Shown in pieces: positions 24,179 through 37,700 of a DNA stretch of 64,000 bases (the stretch's first letter is position 1; each line of letters opens with the position of its first letter). The translations under genes were made by a program, and so were the position numbers. Where the stretch lies: the NCBI RefSeq assembly GCF_964355755.1, contig NC_092680.1, forward strand, positions 18,671,045 to 18,735,044, written 5' to 3'. This stretch comes from Antedon mediterranea (Eukaryota > Animalia > Echinodermata). Under the pieces are notes generated by a model, which searched no databases, was not told where the DNA came from, and was given only the letters and a program-made list of their open reading frames with translations.

Positions 24179-25741
24179 CAAATACAGCCATCTGAGATGT
24201 AACTGCCTCAGCTCCTGGCTGATGTGACTTGTTCACTGTAACCTCATCAGCTAGGCCCCGAAGGATTGCAACCATTGACTTATGCTCTTCAATGTCACTA
24301 TTGGTGTCCTGGTAAAACAATAAACAATAGAGATAATGATAATAGGAAAAAACAATGGCTGTATCAAATAACAGCAAAACATGTCATTTATAGTGTAAAT
24401 TACAATTATGGGTAGATAGATTTAGAAAAAAAACCCAATCGAAGTATTTTGGATTTGGTAAGACAAAAAAACTTTAATCTTACCTTTTGCTGTTGCAGCA
24501 TAGCCTGTGCTTGCTCCACCTTCACCCCAGGGTTAACTTTCTCTTCAACATCTTTCTCCTTGCTTTCAATCCAATCTACCAAATTTGACATTTCCTCCTT
24601 GTACTGCTGACCCTTCTCAAGCGCGCTCTCTTGATCAAATTTACGTTCTGCCAGTTTGTCTCCTAGCATTTGATAACGATCATTGATATCCAGAAGTTGC
24701 CTCTGGACTTGGCTAAGATCTGCAATGAAATAAAGTTATTTGTAAATGAGAGATTTTGACTGCTATATGTTCAGTTAGTGCATGTATGGTTACTTTCTAT
24801 CAATACATTTATTGTTTAATGTCAAGTTTGCTAGGAATTCTTGAAGTGTTGGGTTTTTCTAATTAAATTAAATAAAAATAAATTACGATTAAAATGAAAA
24901 ACATATAAAGGTTACAAAACTTACTTTCGTCCATCAAGAAGGAGCTCTGATCCAATTCTGAACCAATTGAACTCCTACGTGATGTGTGGCTTCGTGATTC
25001 GACACTACGTGTTTCTGAGCGTGCTTGTAAGTACCAGCGTGATCGACGGAAGGGCGATGATTTAGTGGAGGAGGGCTCAGAGTCTTGTGTCATGTTCTCC
25101 AGTGCCACTCCTTGGCTATTGACGTCATCGATCTTGCCACTAAATGCATCATATTCTTGATTTAAAGGCTAAAATAAATAGAAATATGATTTAAAGTTAA
25201 ATACTGCATACAATTTGCAATATATTCTTATATTATTAACATAAAATAAAAGTATCATAAAATAATAATTAGTTTTTTTGGGTCTGGCAATAGAAAACGA
25301 TCTGCAAAAATCTTTATGAAAGTATCAGATTGTATCGCCAACCATTGAACACATACTACAAGTTACATTCTCTATCATTATCTTTATGCTACTGAGACTT
25401 TGAAACTGCCAAGATGATACTTTCTTCATGTTTATACTCGGGTCATTCTCCCTTACTTCATGTATGGTGATTACTGCAATACACTTTTTACAAATGTCTG
25501 ATTTATAGTTGTCACAATGTATTTCTCAGCTTCGGTAACAATGCCCTCTTTGTACACTACATTTACAACATTGTTACTTACCTCATGTTGATTTTGTTGC
25601 TGCATCAATGTCTCTGTATCTATGGCAATGGCAGGAAGTGCGTCGACTTTATCTTCCATGTTTTCCAGCCAATCACAAACTACCTTAGCAAGTTCACTGA
25701 ACTTATCATGCGCTTCTTGACAATCTTGTAGTTGAGTATTT
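24179..25741 (-). CDS. Spectrin super-repeat unit 8 (partial), where the periodicity ends
   Basis: A 25741-25582 (160), B 25168-24925 (244, Ser/Arg-rich loop), C 24719-24484 (236), then a 130-nt exon 24308-24179 ending at a phase-1 donor (TTTG|GTATGT). Confidence 0.85.
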
Positions 25742-28700
25742 CTGCAGGAGATAAGCATTTACATGATAAAATCATAATATAATAAGAATGTAAATTAATA
25801 TGTAAAGATGGTACAGATGGAAATATAAATAATCTATGTAAGGAAAAGATGTAACTAAAATTGTCATTATAATTAAGTTTTACATAGCTTTTTTTGCTGA
25901 AAGATCCACTATAAATGACATCAAGAAACCTCCATTTTGGGATGGTACATGAAGAAGATGGTAATTTAAAAAACCATGATTGTTGTTGGATGTGGACAGA
26001 ATATATTACTATCTCTTTCAGGTACCCCCTCACAAAAACGAAAGATCTCTAATATTTATAGATAATTTACCTCTTTTGCATGAGTGCCTCAAGGACCTCC
26101 CAGTTCTTGGACAGGTTACTCATCATGTCAGTGATCCTACTGGTATCTGATGTCTTAGGATCTCTGGTGATGTCACTACCAAGTCTTTTGATGTCTTGGT
26201 AGTTGTAACGGTTTTCATCAATTTCTCTTTGGATATCCTGTATAAAAATATAATAATAAATTTAGGTTTAAGATGATTATTCTGTATGCATGAAATTCCA
26301 TTTGTTCAGTGGTATATTCTGCCCTGCAAATCCATACAATTTATCATGTACTCAAGTATTCAAAGCATGTTTAATAATAAACCACGATATTTACCATCAA
26401 TTTCATGCCAAGCTCCAAGAGTTCCATCTTATTGAAATCTCTCGACTCAAGTCTCTCTATCATTGGTATGAGCCAGTCCTCCAGTTTGTCAACCTCTTCT
26501 TGCAATTGATCGAGCTTTGCCAGCATCTTTTGTAGATAATCGTTGTGATTCTTAGCGACATTGCTAACCTTGACGTATCGAGAGCTTAATGTGTCAAGCT
26601 TTCCCTTGATGTTCTTAGCAAGTTGAGGATCACTGGTCTTGATAAGAGCCATAGCCGACTCGTGGAGAGAGTCAATCGCTGGTTTGTTGCTTTCAATATC
26701 TGTCTGAAGCAACTGTGAACAAAATATACATTTTATTTTAGAAGTTAAAGTTTGTTAAAGTTGTATAGCCATTTACAATTTATTGTGTGAATAAATCTTA
26801 TACTAATAATAAATAATTTAAATTAATTTAGAAATACCAGTTCTGGATGAACAGGGAATACTAATTAATTGAAAGGTAATCAAAAACAAAAAATGATAGT
26901 CCCAATTAGATAAACTAAACTATAAAATGGAACTAAAACTATAAAATGGATCTATAAATAAACTAAAACAAATTTACTGAACAAAACCAACAATTAGAGT
27001 AAAATATAAACCAGAAAAAACAACTTAAAAACCCTGAAATTTACATCAAATAAAAGTTATAAATATATACCTTATCCAGGGTTGGAAGTCTGACTGTACT
27101 AAACTTTTGAGGACAAATATAAATATATATACTCTTAAAATATATTTCATCAAATTAGATGTATTATGATCACAAAATCTACTTTTGTATACTTTTTTTA
27201 AAAATAATTATTTGCAGCTTAAATTATGGAGGAATTCATTTTTTAAATGGATTCAATCCAGTTACCATATTGAGTACAAAAATATGTAATTACAAATTTC
27301 TAAATTATTATTTTGATATAAACAACAAACCTTCAAATCTTGAAGTCTTTCTAAGAGAGCTTCCTTTTTGACGATAACTGGCGATTCTGAAAGCTTGGCA
27401 ACACTCTTTTCTGTGGAATCCAACCAACGAAGAAGCTGGTCTATGTTGTCATGAACGCTGTTAGCAACAACGATAGCTGTGCGCAATTTGTTGCTACGAT
27501 CTGCTAGTTTTGATTCCATCCATTCATACTTCTCTGTGACATCACCTATGTGAATATTACAAATATAATAATAATTTAACAGCGATATGAATGTATATTT
27601 TTTTTATATTCGTTTTATTTTATATGTATTTATTCTTTTGCCTATATTTTTTTTATCTTTGTGATAATATTTGTTTTGTTCTAAAGGGTCTTATGACTAC
27701 AGACAATTACTTGTTTCTGTAAAATCCCTGTAATGTAAGTATTTATATTGCTGAATAAATGTGAGTGAATAAAATAATTAAATAATAAAGTATATATTCA
27801 GGCTTGCGTATTAGTTATTTCATATGAAAAAATACTGGTACAGTATTGTGTATAGATTTAAACTCTGCACAGTGAGATGGAATACAGAGCCAGGACAATC
27901 TGATATTTATAGTTTTTAAATCATCTTAAAAATAAGTAAAGGATGGTCATTTCAGTTATATATAGTATCTTAGTGTTTCCTTAGGTCTTCTGAAAATGGA
28001 TGAATGAAAAACTTACGTATAGTTTCATCGACTTGATCTTTGACCTGTCCTTGAGCATCACTTAGATCCTTACCATACACTTTTAGTTTCTCAATATCCT
28101 TTGTGTGTAGTACACAGTCATCATGAAGAGCCTACATAAAAAGAAAAAAGATAATTTTCTTTGCAAAAATCATTGGAATCGTTTATTTTCAACTGTTGTT
28201 CCTCTGTAGGAAAAATAATTTCCTCTCCAACCACCCGTTTTTCTATTCTTGTTGTGCTTTAAAGAGATTAAGAAGGCAGAAATAGTCTCAACCATAAACT
28301 AGACTAAACTTTGAAATTAGTACTGCCAATCTTGATGCACTGCTACCTACTAACCTTATGTTGGTCCATCTGAGAGGTCACATTCTGAGGCTCAGCAGCA
28401 ATTGGCTCTGCCACCTCCTTTGACACTTTCTCATATGCACTCTCTAACCATGGCAACACAATCTCACAAGCTCCTTTGTATTTCTGGTGTTTTCCAACAA
28501 GTTCCTTTTGAACTTTGTAGTGAGCTCGACTTCGGTTTTTTAAACTCATGTAACGTTCGTAAGCATCTGCAAGCTCATCACGAACGATGTTTGATTCTGG
28601 TGTCTCCAGGAATGACTTGTTGAAAGATGCAGGCATGGCAGATTTACGGAATTCTGAAAGACCACTTCGAAATTCCTGTATTATAACACAAAACAATTTA

Positions 28701-31700
28701 ATTTTAGATATAAAATTTAATTAATCAAACACATAACAATCAAGGTATATTCAAAACCTTTAACCTTATACATTTATTTCTTGGAGAACCTGAAAATGTA
28801 TCTTATTTGCAAGTCTATGGTATAGACTATAGACTTGCAAAGAATAATAAATAAACAATAGATCTAACCTTTGCATTGTCTAAGTATTTGTGACCTGCTC
28901 TCTTGATAAATTTCAGATCACCTTTGTGATCACTAACATCTTCCATGAGTTCCTTCATCTCCTCAATCTGACTAGCAAGTGTTGGAAGATCACGGCCAAC
29001 ATCTTTTTGAAGATCATCTACTTTCTGTTCTTTCTCTTGCAACCAGTCTTCAAACTCTTTAAATTCCTCTTTGTACTGCTCCAGATCTTCCAAGGCAGAC
29101 TTTAACCGATTCAGTCTAGAGAGTGACTGTCCGCTGACAGCATTGTAGCGCCTTTTCAGGTCATCACTTGCAAACTTCAACTGTGCTTCTTCTTCTGGTG
29201 AAAGTTTGTGGCCATGTTGTCTCAGCATTAGGACCACCTCTTGTTGAGCTTGTGACAAGGTCGGTTGGTGATCCACAATATCCTGATATAATGCCTACAT
29301 TTAAAATAAAAAGCAATTGCACCTTTAAATTATTGTATCTAGTGTGTTGATATTCTAAGAATTTGTTTAGTGTTATAGATGATATTTTTTGCAATTCTAG
29401 TTTTCTTTTATAATTACCTGTTGTTTTTCTAGCTGTACAGACACAGTTTTGACTTGTTCGTTCATGGGCTGTGCAGATCCTAGCTTCTGTTCTGTCTTGG
29501 TCAACCAATCCGTGAAATCTTTAATTTCATTCATTACCTCTGACCTCTTTTCATCAAGAGATGACTGCAAAAATTTATTTAAAAACATAAGATTGAAAAG
29601 CAAGATGAGATGATATAGAAATGTTGATTATAACAACATTAATAATACACATACTCAATACAAAACAAAAAAGACAAACATATAAAAGCAATTTGGTTGT
29701 AATTTCTATACCACCACCGTCTCTTACTTACCCTGGTAACCAAATATACAACTATAGCATTTCATAAGGACCAAAAGCTTGTAAATATTAAACAAATATG
29801 TTATAATATAATTGGAAAAAAAAGGGAATTTACATTTACAATAATAGATTATCAGAATGAGAATTAATAATTGAAAAGCTCTAGTTATTAAAAGTAAATG
29901 CATTATCTTTACAAGTATTAAATAATTATTTAGTTAATTTATAAAAAAAATGTATGTTATTTTTTTTAATGACAAGTAACAGGAACTTTGACACAATGAA
30001 ATACAAATCTTGGAACAAGAATGTCACCTTTTCTTCTTCTTCAGTTTTCTTTTTCTGGATAGTGTCTTCAATAGCCTTCTTTCGCTCTACAATGTCACCA
30101 GCAAGTTTGCTGAAGCGATTCTTCATCACTGTATGTCTGTTCTGGAGGACTTCATGATGTTCTGGTCTAAGTTTCCTACCACGTTCTTGTATCAGATGAT
30201 CGGCACCCACAGAAGCCTCTTGGACTGGATTCTGCTGGCACACGATCTCAGATTCAACAGCCTGTGGAAAAAAAATTGAAATAATAAACACAAGAGCCCT
30301 AAGACCCTTAAATAACATTTTATTGGTTGAAAATCCATTGACAACAAGTAGTAGGTCTTTATAAATCGAAGGCTACCTTTTCAGTTCAAACTCACCACTA
30401 AGGTCTCCAGTTCATGCTGGAGCTCGGTCAGGCTCTGAGGCGTTGCCTGAAGGTTCGTGCTTAATGTATCCTCTGTGGCCGTAATCCATTCGATGACATT
30501 TTCCATTGGGGTTAACTTCTTTGTTGTCTCTAGAACCAGTTCCAGTTCATCCTCACGATCCTCAAGTTCATCGTCAAGATCCTTGTAGCGTTTGTTGACA
30601 TCAGTCACTTGCCGTTGAATCTCAGATTTCTCTGAAAAATTACAATTACAATATCACAACATATTGTTTGTTTTTTCCAACAATTTAACAAACATCTTAC
30701 TCAAGATATTTAACAAAATAAGTATATCAACAAGCAAATATTGCATATTATATTATGGTAGTAGTCTGGGCCTGGAAATTGAGTTAACATACATTTTGAG
30801 GAAAAACTGGTATCTACCACTAATTTCCAGAAATGGACCTAGACTACAGTATAGTTTTATATTCATAAGCAACTTACCCTCAATAAGTCCACTAACATTC
30901 AGATCATGCTGGTCTCTAGGTCTTGACATGACAGTCTGAGCAACAGGTGTTGCAATCAAGTCTGTTGATTTACAGTGTAATCTGGTGATCGCTTCTGGTG
31001 CATACTGAATGAAGTTGTCTAATACTTCCGCAAGGTGGTTCACTTTGTCAATGTTTGGTTTATATTCTACTACCTCTTCCTTAAATGGCTATATAGTATC
31101 AAAGTTAATGTTAATATTATATTATTAGGTGTAAACTATTAACTTTGTGTAATGGTGTAAATAAACAACTAAAGAATCTATTTATTGAATCTTAATTTCA
31201 TAGTTAAATTTAACCAAATTTTTAAAATGTAGCACAAGATATTAAAAAACAAACCTTAACTTCTTCAAGTTGTTTCTGAATATTCTTCACTTCAGTTGGC
31301 ATGGGACCAAGTTGACCTTTCTTTCGTTCCATTCCTGTTAACCAAGTGTTGACTTCACTTAGAAGAGAATTATACTCCTCACGAAGATTAGTTCTCTCTT
31401 CAAGTTGTTTTTTCCTGTTCAAAACAAAATATTAACACACTTTTTAGAAAAGACATATTTTAATTTTTGTCATTACAAAACAGGCCCTTATTTAATCTTG
31501 TACAAAGATTTTAAATTAATTTCACTTGGATCCAAATGATTCTAATCAAAATTAAAAAGGTACTTTATTAAACTAACTATAATAAAAACAAGACCATGCA
31601 CCTAAAACCTAAAAAGACTAAAAAAGGATAACATTGTACCCAACTATTATTATTTTAAATACTTCAAAGGTAATAATCAGTATAACAGTATTAAAAGTTG

Positions 31701-34700
31701 ATTAAAATATTCATAAATACCTAAAACTTAAGAGGTCATCTAGTTTTGTCCAGTTCTGGTCAAGGTTTTGTACAAGTGCATTGATGTTGTTGACGTCGCT
31801 TGTCTTTGCATCTCTTACCATCTCGTCTGCTACTTGATGAACTTCGACATATTCAGGTTCAAGCCGGGCACGACTGGCCTCAATTTCCTGAGGTTGAATA
31901 ATAAGAGATTATAACAAACCGGTATATCCAGATACATTTTCAAAGTGTTTCCCTTAGCCCAAGTAAGAATGGTGAATACAGACTCTTAATCCATATTGGA
32001 ATGGATCAATAGAAATTAACAAATAAAATAACAACACATAAATACCTGAAGCACTGTTCCCATCTCTGCCAGGTCTTTCTGGTTAAGCTCCTTTGATTGC
32101 AAAACATCAAGTGTTGGCAGTAACCAGTCTTCTACTTCATCTGTTTCCCTTTGCAGCCTACATAGCTGATCACTGACTGTCTGCAGGGTGGATCTCTGCT
32201 GCTTGACAGGGGCAAGGACTTTGCCAAAGCGGGAATTCATTTCATCCAGTTTGCTCTGGATGTTCATGACAACACTAGGATCACTAGTCTGGATGAGGTT
32301 GGAAGCAGCTTCATTCACCTTCTCAATATTGGGCCGCAGACTATCTAGTCGATTTTCTAAATGCTGCAGAATTTTAAAACAAAATTAATTATTTAGAAGA
32401 AGCAGAACATTTACCTAATACAGTACAATTTGTTTATTATTTATCTCAATTCAGTAAATCTAAAACCAATTTAAAAATTGAAGAAACATAAAATACACAC
32501 AAAGAAAATGAGGTGAAAGATAAAGTTTTAAAAAAGAGTGTCATTATTATGAAAGAAATAAAATCATTTTAATGAACTACTTAAATCCTTATAACAATAT
32601 TTACCCCATATTGTTTGACACTCTCTAGCAACGGCTCTTTCCTCATCAATACAGGTGCCTGTTCAAGACGTGACTGTGCATACTCTACATCCTGGATCTG
32701 TCGGACTAGGTTGTTCAAGCCTTCTTGAACATTGTTTGAATCAGCCAAGACTGACTGAAGGAGGTTACTTCTTTCTAGCACCTTTGCTTCCAATTCATTA
32801 TATTTGTCAACCTTTTCTCCTAGGAAGTTAAAAATATTAGTTTTAATAAATATGTGTTACAATGTATACCGTCATTAAACCATGACAGAATTTCACCTAG
32901 TAGAAATGGAGTAAACAAAATAATGAGTTTTGCCCAGGCAAGTTGAAGAACATATCCAAATTGACAGGTTGGGACTACAAACTACTAAAGTCGCAGCCAT
33001 TCATGGTATAACAGAGTTCATTTGTAATGAGAGATAAATTAACTCAATTTCACAACCTGGAACATATCCAAATTTACAGGTTGGGACTACAAACTACAGT
33101 ACTAAAGTCGCAGCCATTCATGGTATAACAGAGTTCATTTGTAATGAGAGATAAATTAACTCAATTTCACAACCTGGAACATATCCAAATTTACAGGTTG
33201 GGACTACAAACTACTAAAGTCGCATCCATTCATGGTATAACAGAGTTCATTTGTATTGAGAGATAAATTAACTCAATTTCACAACCTGGAACATATTCAA
33301 ATTTATGATCTTTCAAAGACTAATTATACCTGCAGTCACAATGAATGGTGTGAAAGACCTTATTTTAGATCACAAGCTGCAGGAAATTGACTTACTAGTT
33401 TGGAATGCTACATCTTTCTTAACTCCTTCATGAACTTCACAGAAATCTCTACTAGCTTCTTTCAATCTCTCAACTTCCTTGGCATGAAATAAGATATCGT
33501 CTGCAACAGTTTTAAGTTTGCTCAATTGATGTTGAACAGTGATCGGTTCTGCTGCCACAGGCTCTTCCATAAGATGCTGGAGAGTATTAGTAGTCTCGTC
33601 AAGCCATGGTGTCAATGGTTCACTGGTGGAAAAGTACTTTTGTTGTTTCTCTGTCACTTCTTGGAGTTGCTTTGAGTGTTCAAAACATTTAGCTTTAAGA
33701 CGGTCATATTGTGTGTTCATGTTTGTAAGCTTTTCGTGGATGACATTAGGTTGCGACACTTCACTGAATGTTCTGGTGAACTGACGGGGTAAAACTTTGC
33801 CACGAAATTCAGCTAAGTCTTCTTTGTAACTCTAAAAGTCAAGATTATATAAAAATATGATAAAAATTACAAATTTGCACAACAGTAAAGTCACAAACAC
33901 ATGCATAATATAAACTTATTTGCCATCACAACTGATCACAAAAATAGTATAAAGTCTAAATTGGGCTTGTTCAAATTGTCCACACAATATTATGACTAAT
34001 GAATATGACAAGTTTTAAATAAACTAAAAACAACATTACGATCATTGATGCATTGTTAATTGTTAACACAAACCTTGGAAGAGTTAATAAACTTCTGTCC
34101 AGACATATTAAGGTATTTCAGATCAGCAGCATGGGTGATAATGTCCTCTGTAAATGCCTTCTGTGCACTATACTGCTTCCTAAGACCTCTGGAATCTGTC
34201 TCCACATTTCTTGCAGACTGCTCAAGCTTATCTTCAGCTCCTTTCATCCATACATCAAAGTTCTCAACTTCAGGCTCGATCTTCTGCAAATCCTCTGTGG
34301 CATACTGGAGTTTTGACAACCGAGCATGAGAGTTTGCGTGTACTGTTTCATAGCGTGCCTTCAGATCTTCTAAACCTTCTTGCAATGTCTGTCTTTCAAT
34401 GTCTTCTAGTTTGTCTTGTGGCAGTTTCAATACTTGTTGGAGCTCCTGCATTACTTCTAGTACTGGTGCCTGGTGGCTAAGTACATCTTTATGGATAACC
34501 TAAAATTATGAATGTTAAACTATTGATATTGTGCTATATTAAGTCAGACAGCTGCTTGTATGGATTGGAACACACATTTTCAAGGAACATCTAAATGAAA
34601 AGCTTACCTTGTGCTGGTTGAGTTGATCGGTCAGCTGCCTAGCCTGTTGGCTAAGAGGCTGCTCTGACCCGAGGTCATGCTCAACCTTATTTAACCAATC

Positions 34701-37700
34701 ATTCATGCCTTGCAGGCTTTGAGTGGCTGATGAATACTGTTCCTTGCTTTTAGTCTAAGTAAAACAAACACATAATTGTAGCAAAATTGTCATTAGTGTA
34801 GAATAGTAGTTCAATGATACAAGGTGGTAGATTATCTACACTCGATCACACAATAACAGTATAATTAATCATCTTATCACCTCAGTTATCATAACTACTG
34901 TATATATTCTGAACTTACTTTCTCCACAAAATCTTGCTTTAACTGATCCAACTTTGTCTCCGACTCTCGGTATACAACGTCCGACTTTTGTGTCACATTG
35001 TCATACTGAGCTCGGAGATCAGCAATTTGATGCTCCAATCGCTGTGCTTGCTGTGGAGTGATTTCATTGCGCTTGTCTGTCAGGAACTGCTGAGTGTTGT
35101 GAATAGCTTCCAATATGGTTGGCTTGTTTGTGGTAACATCAGTAACTAAACCCTGTAAGATGTTCTAATGCTTAATAATTTATAAGAGAATAACTAACTC
35201 ACCGGTAGTAATTTATATGACACATCTACATTTTGTTTTGGAGTACTATAGTTGCAAAAATCAGTATGGATCGTTATTAGAGCACAGACATGATAGAAAA
35301 CTCAACTCAATCAGATTTAAAAAAAAAAAAACATAACTAATTTTGTAAATCACAATCAAAGAATTACTCCATATATAGACTCCATAAACTTCCTGTTAAC
35401 AACATGAGGAATGTTAGCCTTGCTGTTAAATATCTTAGAGAACTTCGCTTCATGAGAAAAAAGTTTAAAAAAACTTGCCCTGTAAACTTCATACTCTGTA
35501 TTCAGCTGCCCAAGCTCTTCACTCTTTGGTGCTGATTGTACAAGTTTTGAATCAACCTGTGTAACCCACTCAACTAGGCCTGTTACTTGGTTTGACTTTT
35601 CAAGGAAAGATTTAGTCATGGCAAGTTCATCATCTCTAAAGTTTAATCGGTTTACCAAAGTATCATAGCGATTCTTAACTGATGACAACTCTCTTTGTAT
35701 TGGACTTTCTTCCTCTGCAAAAATTAAAATATTTAAATTTTGTATAAAAAGTACATCAGAACATAAATCACAAACAAAATCATTGTTTTCCCTCAAATTT
35801 AATATGAGGAATGAGCCCAGTATGAATAAAATTGGTGGTACAATATTTCATTGCACTGCTCTGTATGTCCATAGTTCTGATAAATTTTAATTCAATTTAA
35901 ATTAATACCTTCAACATCAAATTTATTATCCTCTTCTTCTCCTGTTGTTTTACGTGTTGGTGGGGCACTGTCGCCAGCCAAACCAACTTGAAGTGACCGA
36001 TAGTGTGGTCTAGCATGTACAGGTGATTCTTCTTCATGCATTAATTTGTCAAAAATTTGACCCAACTTGTTTAGGTCGGTGACCTTTTGTTTGTACGCAC
36101 TGACCTCTGATTTTAGGGGCTGTAAAAATAGGAAAAAACCGCTGCATCAACATACCTAATTATTTTTATTTTATTTATTTTTTTTTTTTTATTTATTCGT
36201 CTTCTCACTAACTCAGTTAGTGAAGGATCAACAGGTGGTAAACACCTCTAAAACGGTCCAGTCCCAATTTGCACAGTGGCTGTGTGTGACAGTGGCTGTG
36301 TTTGTGTGGACTAGTACACCGGGGTAACCCCCTACTCATCTCGAAAGATGTACTAGGTTCTTTAAAGTGCGCATGAGCTATGTGTACACTGGACCTACGG
36401 TTTATAGTCCTTATCCGAGAAGACTCGTTCTACCACCAGAACCATGGAGCGAGTGAGCCTCGAACCCTTGCCGATGTTATGGCTACGTAATTACGGTTCC
36501 ACTGTCTTAACCACTCGGCCACTCACTCGCTCTGTTTGATTGAACACTAGCTTATTAAAAAATAACATAAACATGATTTAGTTTCTAAAAGATATCTATA
36601 AAAGTTTTCCTAACCTTGATTTGGTCCATCTGAGCTTGTACTGCTACAATATCGTCAGCAACTGGTAACAAATTATCAACCTTGTTTTCCATTGTATCCA
36701 ACCAATAGGTGACATCACGATTGTATTGTTGATACCGCTTGTTTGCTCTTGCCTTTGAATCAAACTGCTTAAATCTGTAACCATAACAATTTGACATTTA
36801 AGAAATAGCACTATAGTTAGCAGCAACATGACCCTTAGGAGAGAAGCATGTAGTTGAAAAGACCACAATGTTTGTGGAATGCGCTACATAAATACATTAA
36901 CACTGATGAATTACCACAAAAACATTGAATCAAATAATATAATTATTTACACATATGTTTTAAAAACTTAAAATCACATACTGGTGTATCAATTGAGATA
37001 CAAATAAAATATCTTTGATCTTTGATATCTATGATTTCTGGAAAAATTTAATAAATAATAAAGTCACAATCTTCTAACCTTTTAGCAAGAAGCTCTTCCA
37101 ATAATCTCCAGTTCAGGTCTACATTTCTCATCACAGTTGTCACATATGAAGTGTCCATTGCCTTGGAGTTGCGTACCATATCATCTCCAATAGAGTGGAC
37201 ACGTTTTAAGCGAGGTCTGTTCTCACTCATTTGTTTCTTTATTTCCTGTACAAAACCAAGAAGACAGATTTTTCAAATTTAGAAAATGCTTGTTGATATC
37301 AAATTCTTAATATTCAGCAGACATTGTTTATGTATCTGTATGAAGCTGCCTTTACCTTAAAAATCTATTTTTAAAAAAACTTCTCTAAATTGCCACAACG
37401 ATGGGATTATCTCATCAGTTGATTTTTGAAAGGATTTTAGACACTTAACAAACCAACCTTGAGTTCTTTTTCAAGTGCTGGCAGTTGTAGTTTGTTGATC
37501 TCCTTTGACTCAAGTCTGTCCAATACAGGTATCAACCAATCTTCCAAAGTCTCCACTTCCTTCTCAAAGACTTCCAGATTATCACTAATCTCTTGCAAGA
37601 TGTGTTTGTGTGTGTCGGAGGTAAGAGCAAGTTTACTATAACGTGTATTCAATGCATCAACTTTAGCCTGGATATTACGAGCTACTTTAGGCTCCGACGT

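Noticed and set aside
36430-36532. Functional tRNA gene (also 12560-12645)
   Set aside because: The A/B boxes are fused to a SINE core and tail, spacing and arms are non-canonical, and the two copies share downstream sequence.
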